This document shows positions 13,392-24,703 of a DNA stretch of 64,000 nucleotides, piece after piece. The notes under the pieces were generated by a model, which was not told where the DNA came from, did not search any database, and was given only the letters and a program-made list of their open reading frames with translations. The translations under genes and the position numbers were made by a program. Source of the DNA: Nageia nagi (taxonomy: Eukaryota; Plantae; Pinophyta); the NCBI GenBank assembly GCA_050084985.1, contig JBITNC010000001.1, forward strand, positions 28,706,001-28,770,000. The letters run 5' to 3'. Every line of letters begins with the position of its first letter. The first letter of the stretch is position 1.

Positions 13392-16300
13392 ATGAGAGAC
13401 TCATTTTTATCCAAACACATTCTCGATGGTTCTAACTTTAAGATTTAGAAACCATGGATGAGAGCTAAATTATAGGTAAGGAAGCTTTAGTAAATAGTGA
13501 ATGAAAATCTTATACCTCCTACAGATGAGAAGGTACTAGAGGATTACAATAAAAAGAATGAGTTGGCAACCTTTATGATTTATTGTGCCATTTTAGTTGA
13601 TGTGTTCTTGATGATTTTCTCTTCAACCTCAGCTAAGAAAGCTTGGGATAAGTTTAATCAAATCTACCTTAATTCAAATTTTTTAAGAAGGTTTACCATT
13701 CTCCAAAAGTTATTTCAATCTCATTTAAGGGGAAGATGAAAATGTGGCTATCTACTTGAACAAAATCATTGACATAAGAACCCAACTTGTTGCTTATGGA
13801 TGTAATTAGATCAACGATGAGTTCATGGTCTTCATAATTCTTTAAATCCTTTTTGCAAAGTTTAAAAAATTTGTAACAGTTATGGAAATAATGCTTGATG
13901 ATGAAGAAGAAGTCTTCTCCCTTGAGAATCTTTCTAGGCACCTTTTGAAGTATGAGGAAACCCTTAATAATAAAGTGTTTATTTCTTCTCTTAAGAATAA
14001 TAACATTGCTTTTAGAGCAACTAAAACTCTTTTCAAGAAGAAGTTCAACCATCAAAAGAAATCTTATCCTTCTTCCTCCAAAATGTTTGAGAAAAGAGGT
14101 AATGGCTACATCAGTAGTAAGAATAATAGAAACAATGGCAACAATAGGAACAACAACATTAATAGAAAGAAAAATGACAATAATAACCATTTCAAGCAAA
14201 GAGATAGAAATAAAAAAGCAAACAATCCATATCCTAAGAAAATTTTTGATGGTAATTGTAACTATTATGGCATCCAAGATCACAAGGAAGTTGATTGCTA
14301 CAAAAAAAGAGAGAAAAAGATCAAAGGCAATAGAAATGTAAAGAACTTCAAAGAAAAAAAGAATATCATATTGGTTTTGTTGTATAACTCTACTCCATGT
14401 CTTGCTCTTTTTCATCTGATTGGATTGTTGAATCTAGTTGCGCTAATCACCTATGCTTTGAAAAGGAAAAGTTTGAGAACTTTCACAAGTATAGAAAAGA
14501 TGTGGTTGTGATAGGTGATAATTATACCCTTGAATTATAAAGAATTAGGAGTATGCTAATTCATGAAAAGGTTCTTGAAAATATTCTTAAGTTAAGGATG
14601 AACCTTCTCCCCATGATCCAAGTTACTAGAAAAGGGTACTCTTTTGAGTTTGACTCTCAATCCTAGTGCATTAAGAAAGGACTTGCCACTTTGGTTAAAG
14701 AATTTATGAAAGATAACTCCTACATTGTGAATCAAGTTTCATCAAAGATGTGTCTTACTTCTCGTATGTGTTCTAGAGGTAATCTTTGGCACCATCATTT
14801 AGGGCACCTTAACCATAAGAGTATTTAAGTCATGAAAGACCAAGAACTTGTGGAAGGTTTGCCTTTAATTTCTCCTTCAGTTGGTCTATATGAGAAGTGT
14901 ATTCTTGGCAAAATGCATAGAAAAAAGTTTGAAAAAGATAAGGTGACAAGAGCATCTCAACCTCTTTAACTTGTGCATTCAAATTTGATGGATCTATTTC
15001 AGATTAAGTTGCTTGGAGAAGTATCTTATGTCTTGACCTTCATTTATGAATTTAGTAGAATGACCTTTAGGTATCTACTTGAGCATAAGGATAAAACCTT
15101 TGAGAGTTTTAAGATTTTTATGGCTTTTGTTTAGAATCAAAATAACCTTAAAATCAAGATGTTGAGATCAAATAATAGGGAAGAATATAACAATAATGAG
15201 TTCAATGACTATTGTGCTAAGTATGGAATTAAGAGGTAGTTTACAATTCCTTACACTCTTTAGCAGAATGGTGTTGCTAAAAGAAAAAATAGAATAATTA
15301 TGAAGATGGCTAGATGCATGTTGGGTAATCTTCCTAGTTTCTTATGGGGTGAACCTATGAGCACTACTATTTACACCTTGAATAGGTGTCCCATAAAAGC
15401 CATTCAAAATAAAACTCTTTTTGAGGCATGGTCAAGAAGAAAACCTAACATTTCTCACCTTAGGGTGTTTGGTTGTGAAGCATTCTCCTACATTATTTAT
15501 ACGAAAAGAAAGAAGTTGGACAAAAGAGCTAAAAAATGCATCTTTGTAGGTTATGATAGTCAGCATAGAGGCTACAAGCTCTACTCTCCATCCTACAAAT
15601 CCATGTTTATTTCCAGGGATGTTAAGTTCAATGAATTTCCTAAAGATTCTACTTCTAAAGAAGATGTTGATGACCTAGAGGACTCTTCAGTTGCACATAG
15701 CTAGTTAGATATTGGTGTAGATAAGTCACCTCAAGAATAAAATTCTCCAACACAAAGGGTAACAAAGAGCATGACCTTGAACAAATCCTTATTTGCCAAT
15801 ATTTACAACAAGCATGAGCCCTCAACCTTCAAAGAAGATTCTAAGCATGAGTGCTGGATGGAAGCTGTAAAAGTGGAGTATGAGGTGCTTATGAAAAATA
15901 AAACTTGAGATTTGGTTCCTTATCCCAATGAGAAGAATATGATTGGCAATAAGTGTATCTACAAGGTCAAATTCAATTCAGTTGGAGATATTGAGAAATA
16001 CAAAGTAAGGTTAGTAGCAAAAGTTTTTACTCAAAAATGCAATGCAGATTATGAGAAACATTTTGCTCCCATGGAAAAGATGCTTACTATAAGAATTATC
16101 CTTACTCTTTTTGCAACTCAAGGATGACAAGTTTTTCAACTTGATATCAAGAGTGCATTTCTCAATGGTGACTTAGATGTGGAAATCATCATGAATCAAC
16201 CATAAGGGTTCATTGTGGAAGGTAAAGAATCCTTTCTATGTAAGCTAAAGAAGTCATTATATAAATTTAAGCAAGCACCTAGAGCCTAGTACAAGAAGAT

Positions 16301-17345
16301 TTTAGAGTATTTTGTAGACATTAATTTCTCCAAGTGTTTTTTTGACTCCAATCTATATGTGCTCAATCAAGGAAAAGATGTGGTCTTGATTCTCTTTTAT
16401 GTGGATGATCTTACGATAACTGAGAATAATGATGAAATCATTCAAGAGTGCATATCCAAACTTAAGGCAATATTTAAAATGGTTGATCTTGGTCTCTTGC
16501 ATTACTATCTTGAAATGCAAGTGTATCGATATAAGGATTGCACTTATCTTATTCAATCTAAGTATATATTAGACATATTATAGAACTTTTGAATGGAGGA
16601 GTGTAGATATGCTACAATCCAAGTCTCTCTTAGAATCATTATTTCTCTAAGCTCCAACTCTTAGTTAGCTGATGCTATAGCTTACAGGCAATTAATTGGT
16701 AGTCTTTTGTATTTGACTATATCCTGGCAAGATATTACCTTTGCAGTGAATCTGATAGCATAATTCATGTCAAAAACTTATGTTAAGCATCTTAATGTTG
16801 TTACACAAATCTTGAGGTATGTTTTAGGGACTAAGGATCTTGCTCTCAAGTATTCCAAGTTGCCCTCATTTATTCTCTTTGGATTCTCAGATTTTGACTA
16901 TGGGGGAGATAGAGATGATAAGAATTCAACCTATACATATGTGTTTAGCATTGGTTTAGGTGCTATCTTTTGGGATTCCAAGAAACAACCTACTATTTCT
17001 CTTTTCACCATAGAAGTTGAATACTATGCCATGTTTGTTGCAGCCTAGGAAGCCATTTGGCATGAAAAAAATTAAGTATGAGCAAGGTGGCTCATCTTTG
17101 ATTTTTTTAGATAATCAATCAACTATTTCTTTGGCTAAGAATTTTGTGTTCCATTAGAGAATAGAACATGTGGAAATCCATGCCCATTTTATCAAAGAGA
17201 AGGTTCTTGATAGCATCATACACCTGGAGTATTATCCATCCATCTTGAACTCTATTTATTTATTCACCAAGTTGCTCCTAGAAGCTTAGTTTTGTAATCT
17301 TAGGGATGTTATCAGGTTGGTGAAGTTGCCCTCAAGGGGAAGTGA
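13392..17345 (+). pseudogene. Copia gag-pol polyprotein pseudogene
   Basis: gag (ORFs 13497-13739 and 13882-14511 with a decayed CCHC knuckle), WHHHLGHLNH (~14790), integrase (ORF 15300-15704), RT (LDIKSAFLNG ~16140; YVDDL in ORF 16359-16583), RNase H (ORF 16767-17048). Many in-frame stops. Confidence 0.95.
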
Positions 17346-19491
17346 AATTTGAATTCTTGTTTTGAATTCATGTTTATGATGACAACTTCACCCCTAGGAG
17401 GATTTGGTGTTGTATAGTGTTGATTTTGTTGTACACCTTTATGGTAAGTTTGTTTTACATGAGGAACTTGTTATACAATATTTTGAAATTAAAATATTGG
17501 TCAATATAGCACTATTCAGTTATCTATGTGTGAGGAATTCTTATGTGTTTTTTGGAACTATTTAGTTATCCATATGTGAGGAACTTGTATGTGCATGCTC
17601 TATTATGTAATGATAATCAACACATGTTTTATATACAATAGATGACTATGAGTTTTTTAACATGGCATTTTTGTGATGACTTGTAGTGCACTATTGATCA
17701 ATTCATGATGTTATTTGTGTGATTTATCTATCCTTGTTGAGATGCATATGTTGCATCTAATTGATCTTGTTATTTGAGCTACTTATGACTTGTAAGTTCT
17801 TTTGAGATTACAAGTTACTTACCTCGGGTATGTAAGCTCTTAAAAACTCTTCATGACTTCCTATTGGATGACTACTTCATGTACATTGAAACCAATTATG
17901 GTTAATGATTGTATTTGGCAAAGTAGTGAGTCTCAAACTAGATCTTTTTTACTTTAAAAATATGTAAAAAGTTTTAATCTTCATTGTAACTATTTGGAGG
18001 AGAAATTTCTTACTTTATCTCTTTCTTCTCTCTTATTTGTTCTATCCCAATATTACATTAAGGTGGAGTGTTGGAATGTATAATGTATTATTATAAAGTT
18101 TTGTATTAATTCTCTTTGTGAATTCACTAATACTTAAGGGTATCATTGAATACCTTAAGTGTTTAAGTGAATATAATAATGTAACTTGTCCTACACTCCA
18201 TGTCACAAGCATGCCCCTTGGGTAAAAGGATGTGCATGTCATGTTTTTGTACATTAGATAAAAGGGTGATCCAAAAAGGGATTTTGGCCTATAAATAAAA
18301 GGCTACCTCTTTGTAATCACACACCAATTTGTAGAGTAAAGTTATGCTATAGGATAATGTTTAGGAGAAAAGTTTAAGAGGATTGTAAGAGTTCATATTT
18401 ATTAAGAAGAGAGATCTAGTTAGTGGATGTACTCCTAGTTGGAGGAACCACTTACATCTTGTGTTACATTGTGAGATTACTTTGTGAGTTTGTTAGATGT
18501 GAATTGTTAGCTTTCATATGATCATGGTAGTTTAGGATTGTTCATGTTATAGTTCAATTCTCTCAGGAACTAACTATCAAAATTAATAGTGCCTTCAATT
18601 TGTGTGAAAATATAAATTTTACCCACACTTATTTTGAAAGATAAAAATTTAACTTACCATAGAAATAAGGCCAAATAGTCGTAACATGATTACCTCTCAT
18701 AAAAAGATATTCAAGTGTCATTTGTTATTCCAAAAAAATTCAAATAAGTGGAATCGAAGGAGTACCTTTTTAATTTTTGTCTAATTTTTCCATTTTCATG
18801 TCACCAATGGCTTATATTTAATACAAATATTATAAAAAATGCAAATGCTATGTTTTTAATTCAAGATGAGTGGTAGGCATTCAAATTATTTCAATGCATT
18901 ATTGAAGTCATTTACTCTTTAGTTATGCATATATTTCATGAAAATGGATGCTAGTGGTAGCATGAAAATTATTGTTTTATGTGTCCAAAAAGAGATGTTA
19001 GATATTTTAAGAATTTTGGGCATACAAAATAATGATTTTAAACTCCACAAAATGAAAATAGGCAATGCCCTAATTTATAGGAAAAAAGTCAACTTATATA
19101 AGTAATTTTTAGAAAATAAATTGTCATTTTAGCTTTTTACTTTCCTAAATCAATGCTCTAGTTGTCTAGCCTCCCTTGTGTGATGAAGTCTTCTAGATTA
19201 CTATTTTCTTGCCTGATTCTTGCATGGATTGGAGTGGTAGCTATTTGTTGGACCTTTGGGGGCCTTATTTGTTGGTATTTTGACTCATTATACCTATGGT
19301 AAATGATGATTAGAGAGCAATTTATTGTCCAATTACTAGCCTATGTGGTCATATTACGGAGTTACTATGATCTCTTCCTTATGACCACATGGGGAGTTAC
19401 TTTTAATTATGCAATTTTAGTTCTTACTATTTTCAATTTCTAAAATATCTTTTTATCATGTAAGCTCACTTTTGGATCTTTTTCCTTGTAG

Positions 19492-21133
19492 GAGTGCAAT
19501 GTCCTCAAGAGAGGGGGCCCTATGGCTACTATTGCACTTGAGAAGGCATAGACATGGCCTCGAATACCTCATACTGATGATATCTTAGATAGGTTTGGGT
19601 TGGAGAATTTGGCTATTATTGGACACATCCAGTAAGATTTACCCCTTTTAATGATGCTAATAGAGTGCTAGGATCCTGATTATTGCATATATCACCACCC
19701 TTAGGTAAAATATGAGTATCATTACTTAATGTATACTATATCTGGGGTATCCCCATTAGGGGGAATTTGGTTCATCAATAGGATCTTGTAGATAATAATG
19801 TTTGTGAGAAAGAGGCTTTGTGGCTCACTAGTGAGGCAGATCATGACTAGGAGCATAGGGCTTCCCACCTTACTAAGGTTTATCATTTTATGCCAATAGG
19901 GCATCATCTTTGGTTGTATATTGCAACCATTATAGCCACCTATTTATGCTTGGAAAAGAGTAGTTCAGATTTTTTGCTTAGCCTAGTATGGGTTTCCAAG
20001 TAGATATCTGAGTGTGGGACTCAATTTTCTTGGGGTCCATTAGTTTTACCCTAGTTGTATAGATATTTGTACAACTTTGTGAGTGTGGACAAGATCAACA
20101 TCACTATAGCACATGCAAGCTTGCTGCAAGTTTGAGCCTATGAGCACATAGTTATTATGCATCCCATAGGTTTACAGAGGTATTGGGAGGATCTGGGTGA
20201 TATAGCACTTATGTGCTAGACCTCACATAGTGGTGGATATAGGTATCCACATTCTTTGGGGGCCCAAAGGAGGGAGTTAGACCATTTGCAACCAGAGGAC
20301 CTTATCTGGGTGTGTTTTTAGGATTTCATATGGCATTCAGATGCACATCATCTTGTGTGGATCAAATAACATTACTTTCTCTAGACATGGAGAAAGATTG
20401 TGGAGCCTTATCACCTTGGTCATATTTTACAATAATTTGTCCCTTAGCAGGATATCTCGATTATGCCCATAACATATTAGTACCTACTAGAGAGGGATTT
20501 TCCCATAGGATCATAAATGATACTTGCATGAAGGGCTACTTGGGAGGAGCCCTGAGTTATGTATGCAGCTATACATGTGTCTATGGCTCATAGGGTTGCC
20601 CCTGGTTATGCTTCATGGTGGGTAGGAGTACACCCAAGCAATATTGGCATGGGTGAGGATGATAGTAGTGATGAGGTAATTGCTAGTGAGGGATCGAATG
20701 AAGATGATCCATATCAAGTCAACAATCCAATCCATAACATACCTAGTTAAGAGGGCAAAGGGGTACATGGTTTGAATAGCCTTACCATAGCTGACCTAGC
20801 ATTAGGTAAAATGTATCTTTGAAATTTTATTAATTAACTTTCATTTCTTATGCAAAATTACAAAGTGACTAATTTGATTTTTATTGTTTCATAGGAGCTA
20901 CAAATGTGAGGATTGCCTCTTTAGAGGTAGAGGTTATGAGATTGCGACCTATGGAGATAGAGGTAGCAAGGTTACAACCTTTGGAGGATGATATTACTAG
21001 GTTGCGATCCATGGAGGCCCAACTTAGTACATTATAGGCTAGTTTGATGGCCAAGGATGCATAGATTGCCATATTGGAGCAATTTGTGAAGAGATTACAA
21101 GAGTGCTTGACACTACCTCCACCAGATCAATAA
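19492..21133 (+). pseudogene. Plant Mobile Domain (PMD, MAIN/MAIL1-like) pseudogene, antisense within the Ogre/Tat element
   Basis: 19561-19770 translates to LDRFGLENLAIIGHIQ*DLPLLMMLIEC*DPDYCIYHHP / LGKI*VSLLNVYYIWGIPIRG, matching the PMD signature L..LVERW.PET.TFHLP.GEMTITL.DV..I.GLPI.G. An acidic tract follows (ORF 20559-20750), then a frame-preserving GT-AG intron at 20806-20894 and a coiled-coil-like last exon ending at TAA 21131-21133. Confidence 0.8.
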
Positions 21134-21999
21134 TGGTTGTTTATCCAAGGTTAGATTGGTAATATCAATTCTAAGGATAAAGAGATCATATCTTTAAATG
21201 TGAAATATGGTCTACCAAAGACCCTTTTACAGAGCCACTATTTATCTAGGATAGATACGATTAGCAGTGGTGGGAGTGCCCACTTAGGATTGTAGGATTG
21301 AGGCCCATTTTGTACCTTATGTATAAGTTTTTATAGTTATATATATATTGATATTTTTGGTGACCAAAATTTGTATGATTTACTATTATTTATTATTCAC
21401 TATGAATGTTATTTTTGTAAATGTTTTATAAGTTTCTATCTCTAGTTTGTTTGATATTATGGACTCATGAGTTTGGACCTAATGCATGAACCAAATAATG
21501 AACTTTAATCTAAAACCTATGATAGGAAAATGATCCTAATATGCATAATTTACTCATGATAATGGAACAAGCAATCTTAATGCAATATGATCAATAATGG
21601 AACCAAACAACCTAACCTAATCGAATTAGGTTCCAGAGCACCAAAGGGATCCACATGAAGAAATGTGAGTTTTTTCTAATAAATGACATGCACCCTTATC
21701 TAATATTAGTCCCTTAAGTTCTAAAAGGTTCCTAGAAGCTGGAAATACTATCCTTGAAAATTCTATCCCAATAATTACACATTGTTACTAGCGTGAAATA
21801 GGTCTTGCATGTCACTATCGGTGTATTCAGAATTATTGTAGGTTAGGGAGTGAAAGAAAAATACAATACCATACAAAAAAAAAACATAAAATGCATTGTG
21901 CATATGTAAACAACTAATTAAAATGCATGAAATACAAAAGATACCCTACCTAACTATTATACACTATTTGCAAAGATGAGGAAAGTTAAGCAATTATTT

Positions 22000-24300
22000 T
22001 GTGTACCTAGGGAGTTTTTTTTACCAAAATACACTTCACAAAGGTAGACACAAAAAAAGGTACCTTTGGTTGAGCAATTTCCATGCTATTAGATCCATGC
22101 AAACAGTGTTGGACACCACCAGTGACATTCATGCTAACTCTATTTCTAATTTTGTTGCAAGGAGCATGCTTGTATCCATGATTATTAGTAAAATAATGAC
22201 ATACTTCATTGGAAACACTCATTGTGTTGATACAACATCTTGGTTGTGAAGAAGGTAGAGGATTGGTGAAGAACCCTAGTTGTTCATTATCAGGATGTAC
22301 AAGCCCTGCTTGGTCAATTGGCTTAGCATCCATCTTGATAGCTCCTTTGTCAATGAAATCCTATATAATATGCTTGAGAGACATGCAATTGTATGTTAGA
22401 TGTTCAAGTATCCTTTAATAATTACAAAATTCTTCATAGAGAAAATGCTTAGGCACACCATTAGAGAACCTAGGCTCAATAATAGGAGGCAACTCAATAA
22501 GTTCTTCATCTAATAAAGCATTAAGAATATTATCAACAATATCAGTCAAAGGAGTAAATTATTGCCTAGGTTTAGAGTTAGTTCTGTATTTATGAGTAGA
22601 ATTGTTTGCTTAAACCCTATTAGTTTTTTCAGGGATTGATTTTTACTATGAGTATTATCATTATTCTTCATAGCATACAATTTTTTGATACATGGCTCTT
22701 TCTTGATAACTATATCTATCATGTCTTCTAGTGGCAGATCATGGTTAGAGATGAAGAATAGTTTATATATAAGTAAGAGAGCATTTGAAAAAACATCTTT
22801 CAAATCTTTTTTAAGAATTGTTATTATGTTAGCCACTTGTTTCCATACTTTTACAAATACCTTGATAGATTGATTAGGCAATTGTTTAATTTTGCACAAA
22901 TCCTTAAAATATACTTTCTCACAATATTATGTCTAAAATTTTGTAGAAATAAATGAATCAAATCTTCATACCTATCAATGTTGTTTTTAGGAAGCTGAAA
23001 ATACCATTTGAGTGCATCATCTTTCAAACTATGGGAGAATAATTTAACTAACAAGTTTGTATCATGCATATATTCAATAACTTCTTCTTGGAACTTCCTA
23101 ACATGCATTTTAGGATCTTGCATACCATCAAATTTAGTAAACTTGACGCTTTTTACCAATAATGATTTTACCAAGGATTTTATGAGTTACAGGCTTCTTG
23201 ATACAAGATAAAAAATCATCTTCATCAACCAAGGTATTTTGAGATGCTAGATTGCTAACATTGGCTAAGTTAATCCTTGGGGATGGTGGTGGGGTTTGAG
23301 GTGGACAATGAGGTGGGCTAGTTTGATGTGAATCTTATATCATTTTAATTTTAGCCTCCTTCAAAGCAAAAAATGGATCTATATGATTAACTCTCTCATG
23401 ATCTAATTTATCTAGTATTTCAGCTAGTGCTTCTAACTATTTTTATGGAGGTTCTTTGTACCAACTAGTAGTATATTATATGTCAATAAGGATGCTATTT
23501 TTTATGTGATGTTCTTCTAATGTCCAATTAGGTTATAACTTGTATGCTTCATTAATCATTATATCAAGCTATTGATTAATAAAAGTTTCAAGATCTTCTT
23601 CTTGTATAATATTCTTATCTTTATAATTCATACCTTTTTTGAAGTGATCAGGCTTGAAGATGAGGTGGCTATAATCATTATCATTTTTATCTTGATCATC
23701 ATTGATGACATCATCTTCATCTTGATTTTTGTCAAGGGGTTGTGCACCCTCTCCATTTATCTCAAGATCTAGGCCAATAGCATTTTTTTCCATATTATTA
23801 GTGTCATAGTCACATCTAGCATGTTGTTAACACTATCTTCTTTATGGTTAAGCACCTTCCATTTTGATGTTTTTGTTATTTCATAAGAAAATAAGCTATC
23901 CTTTGATGTTGTAGTAGAATTCTCTTTGATTAAGTCATAGTTAGTCAAAATATTAATCACAAAAGGAGCATTATTTGTAAGATAATATTCTAATCTTTCC
24001 CTATCAAATAACACTTCCTGAATAGATTTAGCATAATAAGGGATTCTATCCATTTATAGAATTTCATCCTCATTGTTAGAAGAGTTAGAAGGATTAGGCA
24101 TGTTATCAAACTTAGAAGGATCAATGGTAAGATATCTCTAAGGATTTTCTCCAATAATATCCATTTCCTTGCTAGAATGTGAAGATTCAATGTCATTATG
24201 AATGTTAGGAAGGGGTTCTTGGATAGATAAGTTAGGATTATGTTGAACACTTCTCCTAAGCTCATTAAAGTGGACTTTCAACTTAGATATTTGAGGGTTT
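22000..24300 (-). pseudogene. Ogre/Tat-type gag pseudogene
   Basis: ORF 22851-23174 (KFDGMQDPKMHVRKF..LFSHSLKDDALKWYFQLP; retrotransposon gag core). Decayed knuckle CNY*RILEHLTYNCMSLKHII*DFIDKG at ~22430-22345. Confidence 0.85.
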
Positions 24301-24703
24301 TTTGTACAAAGGTTCATTTTTGGGATATAAGCAAAATAAACTATAGCTTTATCATTTTCTTTAGCTACTATTCGAAGAGCTTATTCTAAAGGAATGAATT
24401 GTAATGAAAATAGATTCATAAATTCTCATAAAAATAGCCCTAGAGAAAAACCTAGGTGTTTAAGAATGTTGGGTTCACCAAAATGTAGAACCAAAATAAT
24501 GCAATTAATTATTTATGGGGGTTAATTAATGTGCTATTGATCTACTTTTTTCTTATTGACACATGTATGTGAAATATGGTAATAACGAATAACATAAAAA
24601 GACTTATGTTTAATTAGATCACATATTCATTCTGTTATGAGAAACATACACAAAATATAAGCATACATTCATTCAAATACACATCATTTCACCCTATATT
24701 AGG

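Larger units (their letters stand above)
9870..18565 (+). mobile_element. Full-length, decayed Ty1/Copia LTR retrotransposon, copy 2
   Basis: LTRs 9870-10363 and 18069-18565 (TGTTGGA..TCA; roughly 90% identical by eye). Perfect 5-bp TSD GGAAC (9865-9869 / 18566-18570). PBS TGGTATCAAGGC at 10368. PPT AAGGTGGAG at 18060-18068. Copia domain order gag-PR-INT-RT-RH. Confidence 0.97.

Noticed and set aside
13693-14415. 240-aa hydrophobic minus-strand ORF (env-like?)
   Set aside because: It is the antisense shadow of the A-rich, Asn/Lys-rich gag segment; hydrophobicity follows from T-rich codons.
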